Below, piece after piece: positions 50,544-62,071 of a stretch of 64,000 bases of DNA (positions are counted from its first letter, which is position 1; the number at the start of each line of letters is the position of its first letter). This DNA is from an uncultured Vicinamibacteraceae bacterium. GTDB taxonomy: Bacteria; Acidobacteriota; Vicinamibacteria; Vicinamibacterales; UBA8438. The notes below the pieces were generated by a model that saw nothing but the letters and a program-made list of their open reading frames with translations, had not been told where the DNA came from and ran no database searches. Location: positions 8,675 through 72,674 of the forward strand of contig CAZYFH010000008.1 in the NCBI GenBank assembly GCA_964646815.1. The letters are read 5' to 3'. Both the position numbers and the translations under genes were made by a program.

Positions 50544-53116
50544 GACGTCGGTCCTACGGTCAGCGCCGTCTCCACCTCGACCCGGAGCTGCCGTTGCGCC
50601 GTCTCGGAAAGCTTCTGGTTGGCCTGGGTGATATGAAAAACGTCGATCGCGCGGCTGCCTTCGGTCGAGATCAAGACCAGGTCGATGTCGCACTGCCGGT
50701 TCGATATGGCTCGGCTGACGCGATACAGCAGGCCCCATGCGTTCTCAGCGACGATCTCCACGACGGTGAAGCGGCGGGAGTGATGGTTGTCGAAATGGAC
50801 AACCGGAACAATACGCTGCTTGCGCGAGGATCCGGCGAGCGCTCGGGCACGGCCGCGGAGCTTGGTGTCGATATCGACCTTGCCTGCGACGACGTCGCCG
50901 AGTAGTTGGGTCAGCTCCGTTGCCGCGCTCTGGTGGAGCTGAAGGTAGTCCTCGTGGTCGGCGAACTGGAAGAGGTCGAGGACGATATCGCCCTGGTTCG
51001 TCATCGCCTGACCGCGCAGGATGTCCATCCCGAAGTAGGACAACACGCCGCAGACGTTGGCAAAGAGCCGTGGCTGATCGAACGCGATGGCACTCAGCTC
51101 CCAGGCCGATCCTGTCTCCTCGAGTGCGCAGCGGACCTCGCCAGGCCGAATGTCACGGGACAGGCGCACGTGCTCGTAGACGCGGGCCCGGTCGACCAGT
51201 CGCAGGTAACGCTGCGGATAGCCTTCGAGAAACGTCGTGAGCTCACCCTCCGGAATATCGTCGGGACGCGCGGTCACGACCTCGTCGATTGTCGGTACTG
51301 TGTCGTCGATCACGTCGTCACCGTAGCCAAGCGTCAGGCGGTTGTACGTCTCGACATACAGCCGCCACAGCATGTCCTCCTTCCACGGCGTCATCACATC
51401 GGGGCCAACCGCGTCGACGTCAACGAGCGTCATAAGACACAGGAGCTTGAGCCGCTTCTCGCTGCCGACGAGCCGCGCGAACTGCGTGACGACCTCTGGA
51501 TCGGTCACGTCCCGACGGAACGCCGCAAGCGACATCTGTAGGTGATGGCGAATCAGGAATACGACGTCGGTAATCGAACGCTCAGGGACCTTGATTCGCC
51601 GGAGCGCGCCGACGGCCATCCGCACGCCCTCCTCCGAGTGGTTCCGGTTGGTCCATTTGCCTACGTCGTGGAACAGAAGGGCGAGCACGAGCAGCTCGGG
51701 GTTCGACAGTTCGGCGAGGACGTCGCCGAAGCGCTGCCGGCCAGGTGTGTGCGGCGTCGTGAGTCGCTCGAGGTTGCGAATGGTCAATAGCGTGTGCTCA
51801 TCGACGGTGTACTTGTGATAGAAGTCTCGGATTACGAGGCAGTAGATCTTCTGGAACTCAGGAAAGATACGCCCCAGCAGCCCGCTGCCATGCATCTCGG
51901 AGAGCCGCTCGTAGAGACCAGCGCGGGGGCGCAGCATGCGCATCAGCCGGTCCCGTTCATCGGTGGACGGGAGAAATCGTTCCGGCGCATACCGCTCGCC
52001 GTGCCGCTCGATGCACGTCAATACCTGATCCGAGACAGGCACGTGCGCGTCGAGCGCCGCTTCGAACGGGCACAGCCACGTATCGGGACGAAGTGACGCG
52101 CGCGTCCCGTCGGTGAAGCGGACGCCGTCCCACGCCCGTTCCAGGTCGTGTCCGATCGCGGCCGGCGTCGACGTCGACGGCGCCGAAAGCGACTTCATGA
52201 CGGCCGCCAACGAGCGGGCGATGAGACGCGCGTGGTGGAAGTATGTGCTCATGAGCGCTTCCACCTGGCGCGGCCGCTGGTTGCCCGAGGATCCGAACAG
52301 CGTCGCTACCGTCTCCTGGAGCTCGTGACTCAAATCGTTGAGATTCCTTCCGCGTTCGAGATGCAGGATGGAACGAATGCGCAGTAGGAAATCCTCGGCT
52401 TCGTCCAGGCGTCCCGCGTCGCTCGTCGCACGCCTGGCTAGGTCACGGTCGGCGAGCCGCGCAAGCAAGCGGATGGCGGTCGCATCCCGCAGCCCGCCTG
52501 GCGCGTCCTTGATGTCGGGCTCGAGGTGGAACACCGTCCGGTTGAACTGGGCGTGGCGCTGCGCGGTCAGCTCGACCAGGGCGTTGCGCATCGGCGCGTG
52601 CCAGTCCGACCCTTCGCTCAGGCACGCGGCAACGAAGCGCTCGAAGACGGCGCGATCGCCCGCGAGGAAACGCGCCTCGAGGATCGCTACGAGGTATTCG
52701 GGGTTGTCGACCTCGACGTGGTCGAAATCGCGGAGTTCGCGCACTTGGTGGCCGACGTCGAGACGAAGGTCCCAGAGCGGATGCAGGACCAATCTCAGAA
52801 ACCGTTCCTCGGCGGCCGCGATTGGTCCGCCAAAGACGACCATGAGATCGAGGTCCGAGTGGAGGCAGAGCTGTGCCCGGCCGTAGCCGCCTATGGCCAG
52901 CAGCGCGACCGGCGTCGTGGTTTCGCCGCGCGCCGATGTGTAGATGTCCTGAATGAGCTTGTCGATACGCATCGAGTAGCGGTCAAGGGCCGACAACCCA
53001 GCGCGCGCCAGACGCGCATCGGCGACGAGCTCGGCACGCGCGACGTCGAGCTGCGACCCCCAGCGCTCAGACGCCACGGCTGTCTCGACGGGAGCGATGT
53101 GTGCAACGCGAAGCAT
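50540..53116 (-). CDS. glnD: [Protein-PII] uridylyltransferase/uridylyl-removing enzyme
   Basis: NTase block (GGYGRAQLCLHSDLDLMVVF), HD domain (LLFHDVGK) and two C-terminal ACT-like regions. 858 aa. Confidence 0.9.
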   Translation of the reverse strand: MLRVAHIAPVETAVASERWGSQLDVARAELVADARLARAGLSALDRYSMRIDKLIQDIYTSARGETTTPVALLAIGGYGRAQLCLHSDLDLMVVFGGPIAAAEERFLRLVLHPLWDLRLDVGHQVRELRDFDHVEVDNPEYLVAILEARFLAGDRAVFERFVAACLSEGSDWHAPMRNALVELTAQRHAQFNRTVFHLEPDIKDAPGGLRDATAIRLLARLADRDLARRATSDAGRLDEAEDFLLRIRSILHLERGRNLNDLSHELQETVATLFGSSGNQRPRQVEALMSTYFHHARLIARSLAAVMKSLSAPSTSTPAAIGHDLERAWDGVRFTDGTRASLRPDTWLCPFEAALDAHVPVSDQVLTCIERHGERYAPERFLPSTDERDRLMRMLRPRAGLYERLSEMHGSGLLGRIFPEFQKIYCLVIRDFYHKYTVDEHTLLTIRNLERLTTPHTPGRQRFGDVLAELSNPELLVLALLFHDVGKWTNRNHSEEGVRMAVGALRRIKVPERSITDVVFLIRHHLQMSLAAFRRDVTDPEVVTQFARLVGSEKRLKLLCLMTLVDVDAVGPDVMTPWKEDMLWRLYVETYNRLTLGYGDDVIDDTVPTIDEVVTARPDDIPEGELTTFLEGYPQRYLRLVDRARVYEHVRLSRDIRPGEVRCALEETGSAWELSAIAFDQPRLFANVCGVLSYFGMDILRGQAMTNQGDIVLDLFQFADHEDYLQLHQSAATELTQLLGDVVAGKVDIDTKLRGRARALAGSSRKQRIVPVVHFDNHHSRRFTVVEIVAENAWGLLYRVSRAISNRQCDIDLVLISTEGSRAIDVFHITQANQKLSETAQRQLRVEVETALTVGPTS

Positions 53117-53202
53117 GGTGGTTGTTGGCCATCCGGTGTTCGACGTGACTCCAGCTCGACATCATGCCAGGACGCGCCGCCGCGCGGAGTGTCGTCACAA
53201 CT

Positions 53203-54744
53203 CTATCGAAATCGTCGGCAGTCGATGCCGTACTTTTTCACCTTGTAGTTGACGATCCGTTCCGTCGAGTCGAGGAGCTTTGCGGCTTTGACCCGGTTGC
53301 CGCGCGTGGTCTTGAGCGCGTCCTGCAGCAGATCCTTTTCGTAGGCGCCAACGGCGTCGGCCAGCGAGACGTTCGTGGTCGTCCCCGACGCCTCACCCGT
53401 CTGCAGGGACGGCGGTAGATGATGCGCATGAACGACGCTGCCGTCGCAGACCAGTACCGCGCGCTCGATGGCGTTCTCCAACTCCCGCACGTTGCCGGGC
53501 CAGTGATATGCCATGAACATATCGATGGCGGGGGTCGAGACGCGTTTCACGCTCTTCCCGTGCTCGACGGAGTATTTGTCGAGAAAGCTGTCGGCGAGGA
53601 GCAACACGTCGGTCTTTCGCTCCCGTAGCGGCGGAACGAAGATCGTGAACACATCGAGCCGGTAGTGGAGGTCCTCGCGAAAGGTCCCGGCGGCGATGGC
53701 CTTCTCGAGGTCGCCGTTGGTCGCAGCAATCATCCGCACATTTGCCTTGACGGAGGCGGTGCCGCCAAGACGTTCGAATTCCTTCTCCTGAAGCACGCGG
53801 AGCAGCTTGACCTGGGTCGAGAGGTTGATGTCGCCGATCTCGTCCAGGAAGACCGAGCCGCCCTCCGCGAGTTCGAACCGGCCCTTTTTTCGCGTGGCCG
53901 CGCCCGTAAAGGCGCCTTTCTCGTATCCGAACAGCTCGGATTCGATCAGGGAATCCGGGAGCGCCGCACAGCTCACCTTGACGAACGGCTTCTTGCCGCG
54001 CGGCGAGTTGTAGTGGATGGCGTGCGCGATCAGTTCTTTGCCGGTACCGGACTCGCCGCGAATCAGGACTGTCGTGTTGGTGGCGGCGACGCGTGCGATC
54101 TGCTCGTAGACTTGCCGCATCGGACCGCTCGTCCCGATTATCTGGGAAAAGTCGTAGCGCTCTTTCAGCTCTGCCTTTAGGTGGATGTTTTCGTCGAGCA
54201 GCCGCTGACGCTCGGCCTCGGCGGCCTGTTGCAGGCGAATCGCCTGACCAAACATGGTCGACACGACTCGACAGACATGTAGGTCGCGATCGTAGTTGCG
54301 CGTCTTCTCGAATGGGAAATCGACGTTGAGCGCGCCGATCGACCTCCGCTCGCCAGGGATCGGCACCGACATGAAAGTGATCTCCGAGCCTGCTCCCTGC
54401 TGCCGTCGTCCGGTCCGATGGAGAAACATCGGTTCCTGGCTGATCTGTGGCACGACGACCGGCTTGCCGCTGGCCACGACGCGCCCCGTGATCCCCTCGC
54501 CCATCTCCCATTCGGCGTGTCGGCCTGCACCGGTCAGGCCCGCGGACGCCTCGACCCGCAGCCGGCCGGTATCCGGGTCGGCGAGCACGACCGCGCTTCG
54601 AATCACGCCGTAGTCATGGTCCAGCAACTCGAGGGCACGCTGGAGACCGGCGCGCGGGCTCTGCGCCACAGTTAGCGCTTGGTTGATCTCGGCGAGGATC
54701 GCCAGCGGTCTGACGTCGTCGGCGAGCGCCTTCAGCTTCTTCAT
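53203..54744 (-). CDS. Sigma-54-dependent transcriptional activator, GAF-AAA+-HTH (NifA-like architecture, no receiver domain)
   Basis: N-terminal GAF-like region, Walker A GESGTGKE, the GAFTGA motif (EKGAFTGA) and a C-terminal Fis-type HTH (RGNRVKAAKLLDSTERIVNYKVKKYGI). The start is uncertain (TTG 54792, ATG 54774 or 54744). Confidence 0.85.
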   Translation of the reverse strand: MKKLKALADDVRPLAILAEINQALTVAQSPRAGLQRALELLDHDYGVIRSAVVLADPDTGRLRVEASAGLTGAGRHAEWEMGEGITGRVVASGKPVVVPQISQEPMFLHRTGRRQQGAGSEITFMSVPIPGERRSIGALNVDFPFEKTRNYDRDLHVCRVVSTMFGQAIRLQQAAEAERQRLLDENIHLKAELKERYDFSQIIGTSGPMRQVYEQIARVAATNTTVLIRGESGTGKELIAHAIHYNSPRGKKPFVKVSCAALPDSLIESELFGYEKGAFTGAATRKKGRFELAEGGSVFLDEIGDINLSTQVKLLRVLQEKEFERLGGTASVKANVRMIAATNGDLEKAIAAGTFREDLHYRLDVFTIFVPPLRERKTDVLLLADSFLDKYSVEHGKSVKRVSTPAIDMFMAYHWPGNVRELENAIERAVLVCDGSVVHAHHLPPSLQTGEASGTTTNVSLADAVGAYEKDLLQDALKTTRGNRVKAAKLLDSTERIVNYKVKKYGIDCRRFR

Positions 54745-54786
54745 CGTCCGTGTCTTGGTGGCCCTCGAAACCATGGCCGAAACCCG

Positions 54787-54803
54787 TGCCAAGGAACGTG
54801 CCA
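54787..54803 (-). promoter_or_regulatory. Sigma-54-like element (perfect -24, imperfect -12) upstream of the activator gene
   Basis: The minus strand reads TGGCACG-TTCC-TTGGCA. The -24 box matches the consensus TGGCACG, but the -12 box has an extra G (TTGGCA versus TTGCA), so the GG/GC spacing is off by one. Confidence 0.2.
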
Positions 54804-54822
54804 GGTCAAGGAGGGCCAGGTA

Positions 54823-55000
54823 CTAGTGACCTGTCTCGGGTGAATCAAGAGCGCTCGCCGGGCAGGGCATCCCGCGATGGCCGGCGCGGGACCATGCGTC
54901 AGCGCGGTCACAGACGGTGTGTTTGCTCCCTCGTCGCACTTTGTCAGCCGGGCGCCGCGTGCCGGTGAACACTACTGATTCACCCGATACAGGCCACTAG
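54823..55000 (-). mobile_element. MITE-like non-autonomous element, copy A (178 bp, ~25-bp terminal inverted repeats)
   Basis: The ends are CTAGTGACCTGTCTCGGGTGAATCA ... TGATTCACCCGATACAGGCCACTAG (23 of 25 TIR match). The reverse complement aligns to copy B at about 152 of 177 positions with one indel. There is no ORF, and the terminal CTAG contains the gltD TAG stop. Confidence 0.7.
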
Positions 55001-56442
55001 ACGGGCGCGGGTAGCCCGGACGAGCCCATGAGATAGGCATCGATTCCGCGCGCGGCGCTCCGCCCTTCCGCGATGGCCCACACGATCAGCGATTGACCGC
55101 GCTGCATGTCGCCAGCCGTGAAGATCGCCGGAACGCTGGTCATCCAGTTCGTATCCCGCCACACGTTGCCCCGATCGGTCAGTCGCACCCCGAGCTCGGT
55201 CAGCATGCCTGGCCGCTCGGGACCCAGGAACCCCATCGCCAGCAGCACGAGGTCGGCGTCAACCTGAAACTCGCCGCCCGCGACCGGATCGAACACCGGC
55301 CGGCCGTTCCGACTTGTCATCTCGACCCTTGTTCCGTAGAGCTTCTCCACCCGGCCGTTCTGCGCACCGCTGAATCGCTGTGTCGACACGGCGTAGCGTC
55401 GATCGCCGCCTTCCTCGTGAGCGGCCGAGGCGCGGAAGACCTGGGGCCACGTCGGCCAGGGATTGTCCTCGGCCCGCGAGTCGGGCGGGCGCGGCAGCAG
55501 CTCGAACTGGGCGATCGATCGAGCGCCCTGACGGTGCACGGTGCCGAGGCAGTCCGCGCCGGTGTCTCCGCCGCCGATAATGACAACATGTTTGTCCTGG
55601 GCCGTGATCGCGCTCTCCTCCGGGACCACGTCCCCTTCGCAGCGGTGGTTCTGCTGCGTTAGATAGTCCATCGCGAAATGGATGCCCGCGAGCTCGCGTC
55701 CCGGCACGTTGAGGTCTCGCGGCCAGCCGGCGCCTCCGGCGAGCAACATCGCGTCGTGCCCGCGGCGGATGCGCTCGGCCGGGGTGTCGACTCCCACGTT
55801 GACGCCCGTCTGGAAACGGACACCCTCCTCCTCCAGGATCTGGAGGCGTCGGTTAAGGAACCGCTTCTCCATCTTGAACTCGGGGATGCCATAGCGCAGG
55901 AGCCCGCCGATACGGTCGGCTTTCTCGAAGACCGTGACAGTGTGGCCCGCGCCATTGAGCTGGTCGGCGGCCGCGAGGCCGGCTGGGCCCGAGCCGACGA
56001 TGGCCACCGTCTTGCCGGTGCGCGCGTCGGGCGGCGTCGCGCGCACCCACCGTTCCTCGAACGCCCTCTCGATGATCGCCAGCTCGATCGATTTGATCGT
56101 GACCGGCTCGCGGTCGATCGCGAGCACGCACGACCCCTCGCACGGCGCCGGGCACAACCGTCCGGTCCACTCGGGAAAGTTGTTGGTCTTGTGCAGGCGG
56201 TCGATGGCCGCCCGCCATTTGCCCCGATACACGAGGTCGTTCCAGTCGGGAATCAGGTTGCCGAGGGGGCATCCGTCGTGGCAGAAGGGAATGCCGCAAT
56301 CCATGCAGCGCGCCCCCTGCGCACGGAGGTCTGGTGCGACATACGGCAGATAGACTTCGCGCCAGTCGGTGACTCGCCTTGCCACGGGGCGGGTCGGCGC
56401 CGTCTGACGTTCGATCTCGAGAAAGCCCTTCAACTTGCCCAT
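54997..56442 (-). CDS. gltD: Glutamate synthase small subunit (NADPH)
   Basis: Fe-S Cys clusters (CMDCGIPFCHDGCPLGN...CPAPCEGSC), FAD/NAD Rossmann motifs (VAIVGSGPAGLAAA, VVIIGGGDTGADC) and a C-terminal GRSAARGIDAYLMG. Confidence 0.9.
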   Translation of the reverse strand: MGKLKGFLEIERQTAPTRPVARRVTDWREVYLPYVAPDLRAQGARCMDCGIPFCHDGCPLGNLIPDWNDLVYRGKWRAAIDRLHKTNNFPEWTGRLCPAPCEGSCVLAIDREPVTIKSIELAIIERAFEERWVRATPPDARTGKTVAIVGSGPAGLAAADQLNGAGHTVTVFEKADRIGGLLRYGIPEFKMEKRFLNRRLQILEEEGVRFQTGVNVGVDTPAERIRRGHDAMLLAGGAGWPRDLNVPGRELAGIHFAMDYLTQQNHRCEGDVVPEESAITAQDKHVVIIGGGDTGADCLGTVHRQGARSIAQFELLPRPPDSRAEDNPWPTWPQVFRASAAHEEGGDRRYAVSTQRFSGAQNGRVEKLYGTRVEMTSRNGRPVFDPVAGGEFQVDADLVLLAMGFLGPERPGMLTELGVRLTDRGNVWRDTNWMTSVPAIFTAGDMQRGQSLIVWAIAEGRSAARGIDAYLMGSSGLPAPV

Positions 56443-56451
56443 GCGTCTCGT

Positions 56452-59400
56452 CTACTGCGCGCCGATCAGCTCGGCAAACTCCGGTTCCCGCGACTCGGCG
56501 CGCGCCCGAGCTTCGGCGGCCAGCACCCGCTTGTAGTCGCGCGGCATGACTTTGACGAAGCGCCCGCGGATCGACGCCCACTGATCGACCACCCGTTTCG
56601 CGACCGCACTGCCCGTGAGCCGCGCGTGGCGCGTGAGGAGCCCGCGCACGAACTCGTCGTCGTCATCCTCGAGCGATTCGAGGTCGACCATGCCAGCATT
56701 GCAGCGCCGCTCGAAGTCGCACGCCGCATCGAGGACGTATGCGATGCCGCCACTCATTCCTGCGGCGAAGTTCCGCCCTGTGGGGCCGATGATGACGACG
56801 CGGCCACCGGTCATGTACTCGCAGCCGTGGTCACCAACTGCCTCCACGACGGCATGGGCTCCGCTGTTGCGAACGGCGAACCGTTCACCGGCCACGCCCC
56901 GCACGAACGCCTCGCCGCCGGTCGCCCCATACAGCGCGACGTTGCCGATGATGATGTTGTCTTCGGCCGCGAAGGTGGAACGGGCCGGCGGGTAGAGGAC
57001 CAGCCGGCCCCCGGACAGCCCCTTGCCGAAGTAGTCGTTCGCGTCACCCTCGATGGTCAACGAGACTCCGCGCGGCACGAACGCCCCAAAGCTCTGGCCG
57101 GCTGAGCCCGTGAACTTGATGCGGATCGTGTCGTTGGGTAGGCCCGCGGCCCCCCAACGGCGGGTGATGGCGGAGCCCAGCATCGTGCCGACTGTCCGGT
57201 TGACGTTGCGGATCGGCAAGTTGATCTCAACCGGCTCACGCCGGTCCAGCGCCGCCGCACTCATGTCGATGAGCGTGGCATCGAGTGCTCGGTCGAGCCC
57301 GTGGTCCTGCGGTCGCACGCACCGGCGACCCACCGAGTAGGGCACCTTTGGCTGGTACAGGATGGAGGTCAGATCCAGCCCCCGCGCCTTCCAGTGGTCG
57401 ATCGCGCCGTGCATGTCGAGGCGGTCGGCGCGTCCGATCATCTCGTCCATCGTGCGGAACCCGAGGCTGGCCATCAGCTCTCGGATCTCCTCGGCCACGA
57501 ACCAGAAATATTGCTCCACGAACTCGGCCGTGCCGGTGAAGTGCTTGCGAAGCTCGGGGTTCTGGGTCGCGACACCCACGGGACACGTATCGAGGTGGCA
57601 GACACGCATCATGATGCATCCGGAGACGACCAGGGGCGCCGTTGAGAAGCCGTACTCCTCAGCGCCGAGCAGGGCAGCTACCACGACGTCACGGCCAGTC
57701 TTCATCTGGCCATCCACCTGCACCACGATCCGGTCGCGCAGATTATTCAGCACGAGGACCTGCTGCGTTTCGGCCAGCCCGAGCTCCCACGGTACTCCGG
57801 TGTGCTTGATGCTCGTGAGCGGCGACGCTCCCGTGCCGCCGTCATGACCCGAGATCAACACGACATCCGAATGGGCCTTCGCCACCCCGGCGGCGACCGT
57901 CCCAACGCCCACTTCGGCCACGAGCTTGACGTGAATCCGGGCATCCGGGTTCGCGTTCTTCAGGTCGTGGATCAACTGCGCCAAGTCTTCGATCGAATAG
58001 ATGTCGTGATGCGGAGGCGGTGAGATTAGGCCCACGCCGGGCGTCGAGTAGCGCACCTTCGCAATCCACGGGTAGACCTTGAAGCCGGGCAGCTGTCCGC
58101 CTTCGCCTGGCTTGGCGCCCTGCGCCATCTTGATCTGGAGGTCGTCCGAGTTGACGAGATACTCGCTCGTCACGCCGAAGCGGCCCGACGCGACCTGCTT
58201 GACCGCGCTCCGGCGCAGATCGCCGTTCACGTCTGGCGTGTATCGTGCCGGGTCTTCGCCGCCTTCACCGGTGTTGGATTTGCCGCCGAGGCGGTTCATC
58301 GCGATTGCCAGCGTCTCGTGCGCTTCCGCGCTGATCGACCCGTAGGACATCGCTCCGGTCGCGAACCGGGGGAAGATTGCCTCCGCTGGTTCCACCTCAT
58401 CGAGCGGCACCGGCTTCGCCGCAGGCTTCAGGTCGATCAGTCCGCGGAGCGTCGCCCGTGTGCGACTCTGGTCGTTCACCAGCCCGGCGTACTCTCGATA
58501 CACGTCGTGCTGCCCGCTCCGGCTGGCGTGCTGGAGCTTGAAGACGGTCTCCGGGTTGAAGAGGTGGTATTCGCCATCTCGCCGCCACTGATACTCGCCG
58601 CCCGTGTCGAGTTCGTCGTCCACCGGGCCACGCACCGGGAACGCCCGCACATGCCGCCGGATGACCTCCTCGGCCACCGTGTCGATGCCGATGCCGCCGA
58701 CGCGTGACGCAGTCCAGGTGAAGTAGCGGTCGACAAAGGCCTGGTCCAGACCGATCGCCTCGAAAATCTGTGCCCCGCGGTAACTCTGCAGGGTCGAAAT
58801 GCCCATCTTCGACATCACCTTGAGCACACCCTTCGTGCACGCCTTGATGTAGTGCCGGATGGCCTGGGTGAGCTCGAGATCCTGGAGTTCGCCGTCCAAC
58901 AGGAGCTCCGCGATCGTCTCGAAGGCAAGGTACGGGTTGACGGCGGCGGCGCCGTAGCCGACCAGCAGCGCCATGTGGTGGCACTCACGCGCCTCCCCCG
59001 TTTCGATGATCAACGCGCACTTGGTTCGGCTGCCTTCACGCACGAGGTGGTGGTGCACGCCCGCTGTGGCCAGGAGTGCCGGGATGGGGGCATGCGCGCG
59101 ATCCATGCCACGATCCGAAAGCACGATCATGGTCGCGCCGTCCGCCACCGTCGCGCTGGCCTTTCGGCATAACGCCGTCATCGCCGGTTCGAGTCCCGCG
59201 GTGCCAGCGCCAGGGTCGAACAGCATGTCGAGAGTGGCAGCCCGGAACGCGGGGTCGGTCAGATGACGCAGCTTCGCAAGGTCGTCGTTGTCCAGGACCG
59301 GATCGTCGATCCTAATGTGGTGACACGACGCTGCCTCGGGTGCCAGGAGATTGCTCTCGGCGCCGAGCATCGATCCCATGTCGGTGACCAGCTCCTCACG

Positions 59401-61047
59401 GATCGCGTCCAGCGGAGGGTTCGTCACCTGCGCGAACAACTGCTTAAAGTAGTCATAGAGTAGCCGCGAGCGGTCCGAGAGCACCGCCAGGGCCGTGTCG
59501 GTGCCCATGGAGCCGAGCGGCTCGGCTCCATGCTGAGCCATCGGGCCGATGAGAATCCTGAGGTCCTCCTCGGTGTAACCAAACGCGCGTTGGCGCCGGC
59601 GCACGGTGTCGTGCGACGGCGGCGGCGCGTACGGCGCGGCCGGGACGTCGTCGAGGTGGACGAGTTCCGCGTCGAGCCATGCGGCGTACGGGTGCTCGGC
59701 CGCGAGCTCTCGCTTGATCTCTTCGTCATCGATGATCCGGCCCTGCGCCGTGTCGACGAGGAAGATGCGTCCGGGGTGCAGCCGTTCCTTGATCCGCACG
59801 TTCTCCGGTGGGACATCCAGCACGCCGACTTCAGAGGCCATGATGACCATGTCGTCGGTCGTCACGTAGTACCGCGAGGGACGTAGGCCGTTACGGTCGA
59901 GCACCGCGCCAATCACTGTCCCGTCAGTGAACGCGATGGATGCCGGTCCGTCCCACGGCTCCATGAGCGAGGCGTGATACTGGTAGAACGCGCGGCGCTC
60001 CGGCGACATCGATTCATGGTTCGACCACGGTTCCGGGATCATCATCAGCATGGCATGGGCGAGCGGCCGGCCGGTCTGCACGAGGAACTCGAGGACGTTG
60101 TCAAACGTGGCGGTGTCGCTTTGGCCCTCCTTGATCAGCGGAAACAGCTTGGCGAGGTCGTCGCCGAACAGCTCTGAGCGACACAGCGTCTCGCGCGCCC
60201 GCATCCAATTGATGTTGCCGCGCAGCGTGTTGATCTCGCCGTTGTGCGCGACATAGCGGTAGGGGTGGGCCAGCGGCCATGACGGGAATGTGTTGGTACT
60301 GAACCGCGAGTGCACGAGGGCAAGCGCCGATTCGACATCGGGGTCGGCGAGATCCGGGAACATCGTCTCGAACTGATCGGCGATAAGCATGCCCTTATAG
60401 ACAATGGTGTTCGACGAAAGGCTGGCAATGTAAAACAGATGGCGTTCGGCGAGCTCGAGGCCGTCGACGTCAAGCGTCACGCGTCTCCGGATGACGTATA
60501 GGTCGCGCTCGAACCGGGCGCGTGGGTCGGGCACATTGGCGCGCGCGGGACTGCGGCCGATGATGATCTGCCGAATCACCGGCTCGCCACTCCGGGCCGT
60601 CGCGCCGAGTGGCGTGTCGTCCGTCGGCACGTCTCGCCAACCGAGGAACTGGTGGCCCTCGTCGGTCACGATGCGAGCAAAGAGCTCCTCGATGTGACGG
60701 CGCTCCGACTGATCCTGTGGCAAGAACACCATCCCGACCCCGTACGCTCCAGCCTCGGGGAGGTCGATACCGAGCGTGCCGGCGGCCTTCTTCAGGAACT
60801 TGTGCGGCAGTTGCAAGAGCATGCCTGCCCCGTCCCCGGTGTTCGCCTCGCAGCCGCAGGCACCCCGATGCGAGAGGTTGAGGACAACTTCGAATGCCTG
60901 CCGCACCAGCTTGTGCGACCGATTACCTGCGATGTTGACGACGAAACCGACACCGCACGAATCGTGCTCGTTCCGCGGATCGTACAGACCCTGCGCCGGC
61001 GGCAGTGCGCCGCGGAGTCCGCGGGGGAGAGGAGGTGGCCCGCTCAT
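56452..61047 (-). CDS. gltB: Glutamate synthase large subunit
   Basis: The amidotransferase N-terminus has the HDSCGVGFV nucleophile Cys after a ~30-aa propeptide. FMN/3Fe-4S and GXGXG domains are present. ATG at 61047 (the ORF track start 61182 overlaps lysR). Confidence 0.95.
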   Translation of the reverse strand: MSGPPPLPRGLRGALPPAQGLYDPRNEHDSCGVGFVVNIAGNRSHKLVRQAFEVVLNLSHRGACGCEANTGDGAGMLLQLPHKFLKKAAGTLGIDLPEAGAYGVGMVFLPQDQSERRHIEELFARIVTDEGHQFLGWRDVPTDDTPLGATARSGEPVIRQIIIGRSPARANVPDPRARFERDLYVIRRRVTLDVDGLELAERHLFYIASLSSNTIVYKGMLIADQFETMFPDLADPDVESALALVHSRFSTNTFPSWPLAHPYRYVAHNGEINTLRGNINWMRARETLCRSELFGDDLAKLFPLIKEGQSDTATFDNVLEFLVQTGRPLAHAMLMMIPEPWSNHESMSPERRAFYQYHASLMEPWDGPASIAFTDGTVIGAVLDRNGLRPSRYYVTTDDMVIMASEVGVLDVPPENVRIKERLHPGRIFLVDTAQGRIIDDEEIKRELAAEHPYAAWLDAELVHLDDVPAAPYAPPPSHDTVRRRQRAFGYTEEDLRILIGPMAQHGAEPLGSMGTDTALAVLSDRSRLLYDYFKQLFAQVTNPPLDAIREELVTDMGSMLGAESNLLAPEAASCHHIRIDDPVLDNDDLAKLRHLTDPAFRAATLDMLFDPGAGTAGLEPAMTALCRKASATVADGATMIVLSDRGMDRAHAPIPALLATAGVHHHLVREGSRTKCALIIETGEARECHHMALLVGYGAAAVNPYLAFETIAELLLDGELQDLELTQAIRHYIKACTKGVLKVMSKMGISTLQSYRGAQIFEAIGLDQAFVDRYFTWTASRVGGIGIDTVAEEVIRRHVRAFPVRGPVDDELDTGGEYQWRRDGEYHLFNPETVFKLQHASRSGQHDVYREYAGLVNDQSRTRATLRGLIDLKPAAKPVPLDEVEPAEAIFPRFATGAMSYGSISAEAHETLAIAMNRLGGKSNTGEGGEDPARYTPDVNGDLRRSAVKQVASGRFGVTSEYLVNSDDLQIKMAQGAKPGEGGQLPGFKVYPWIAKVRYSTPGVGLISPPPHHDIYSIEDLAQLIHDLKNANPDARIHVKLVAEVGVGTVAAGVAKAHSDVVLISGHDGGTGASPLTSIKHTGVPWELGLAETQQVLVLNNLRDRIVVQVDGQMKTGRDVVVAALLGAEEYGFSTAPLVVSGCIMMRVCHLDTCPVGVATQNPELRKHFTGTAEFVEQYFWFVAEEIRELMASLGFRTMDEMIGRADRLDMHGAIDHWKARGLDLTSILYQPKVPYSVGRRCVRPQDHGLDRALDATLIDMSAAALDRREPVEINLPIRNVNRTVGTMLGSAITRRWGAAGLPNDTIRIKFTGSAGQSFGAFVPRGVSLTIEGDANDYFGKGLSGGRLVLYPPARSTFAAEDNIIIGNVALYGATGGEAFVRGVAGERFAVRNSGAHAVVEAVGDHGCEYMTGGRVVIIGPTGRNFAAGMSGGIAYVLDAACDFERRCNAGMVDLESLEDDDDEFVRGLLTRHARLTGSAVAKRVVDQWASIRGRFVKVMPRDYKRVLAAEARARAESREPEFAELIGAQ

Positions 61048-61052
61048 CTGCG

Positions 61053-62063
61053 TCAACTCGCGCCCCGGTTGGAGACGGCGGCGTGCGATGGGCCCGCGCG
61101 CCCGGACTCCGAGGGCGGCACGTGTCGCGCGGCCGGCCCGCGCAGCTGGCGGCCGACCGCGCCGGCAACGCCAGGAGCGCACAGTACCTTGATGAACTCG
61201 GTGACGGCTGGGTTGAGGCGTCGCTTGCGGCGATGGATAATGTTCAGGGGGCGGACGAACGGCGTATCTCCGGCGGCGGTCTGCAACCCGATCTTCACGA
61301 GCGTGCGTCGCTGCACCTCGCGTCTCAGGGTCGCTTCGGGGAGGATGGCGACGCCGGCGCCGTCCTCGATTGCTTGCTTGATGTTCTCGATGTTGTCGAA
61401 CTCGGCCGCGACCTGAACATCGGCGTCATGGCGTCGGAGAAAACGGTCTATCTCCCGGCGCACTGGCAATCCCCGGTCGAACGTGACGAATGCCTCGCCG
61501 GCGAGCTCTCGCGGTCCGAGCGCCGCCTTCTCCTGCGCGAACCGATGCGTGGGCAGGCAAGCGACCACCATCGTCTGGTTTTGCCAAGGGATTGCCGTAA
61601 GCTCGCGGCCCGGGGTCGCAAACGAGATGAGCCCGAGATCCGATTGGTCGTTGAGCACCCGCATGTAGATCTGATCCGGATGCATGTATTCGAGGTCGAC
61701 CCCGACACCGGGCACCGATGCGCGGAACTGGTCGACGTACTGGCTGAGATCGTGTAGCCGGACGGAGTAGATGGATGCGAGCCGGACTGTGTAACCGGAG
61801 GGGTGCTTCCGCCGCTGCACCGCCTCTTCCAGCTCGTGATACCGGTCGACGATCTCCTGACAGCCCTTGAAGAACAACTTGCCCTCTGGCGTCAGCAACC
61901 ATGGGCGCTTGGAGCGGTCGATGAGCTGCGTCCCGAGTCGTTTCTCTATCTGGCGCACGGCTTGGCTGGCCGCCGACTGGCTCACCGAGTTGGCCATCGC
62001 GCCGCGTGAGAAGCTCTGGTGGCGAACCACATCGCAGAAAATATTGAGGGCCTCAAGGTGCAT
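61053..62063 (-). CDS. LysR-family transcriptional regulator
   Basis: N-terminal wHTH ([51 protein letters not shown]) plus a LysR substrate-binding fold. It ends 5 nt before the gltB start on the same strand. Confidence 0.85.
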   Translation of the reverse strand: MHLEALNIFCDVVRHQSFSRGAMANSVSQSAASQAVRQIEKRLGTQLIDRSKRPWLLTPEGKLFFKGCQEIVDRYHELEEAVQRRKHPSGYTVRLASIYSVRLHDLSQYVDQFRASVPGVGVDLEYMHPDQIYMRVLNDQSDLGLISFATPGRELTAIPWQNQTMVVACLPTHRFAQEKAALGPRELAGEAFVTFDRGLPVRREIDRFLRRHDADVQVAAEFDNIENIKQAIEDGAGVAILPEATLRREVQRRTLVKIGLQTAAGDTPFVRPLNIIHRRKRRLNPAVTEFIKVLCAPGVAGAVGRQLRGPAARHVPPSESGRAGPSHAAVSNRGAS

Positions 62064-62071
62064 GGCCAGCC

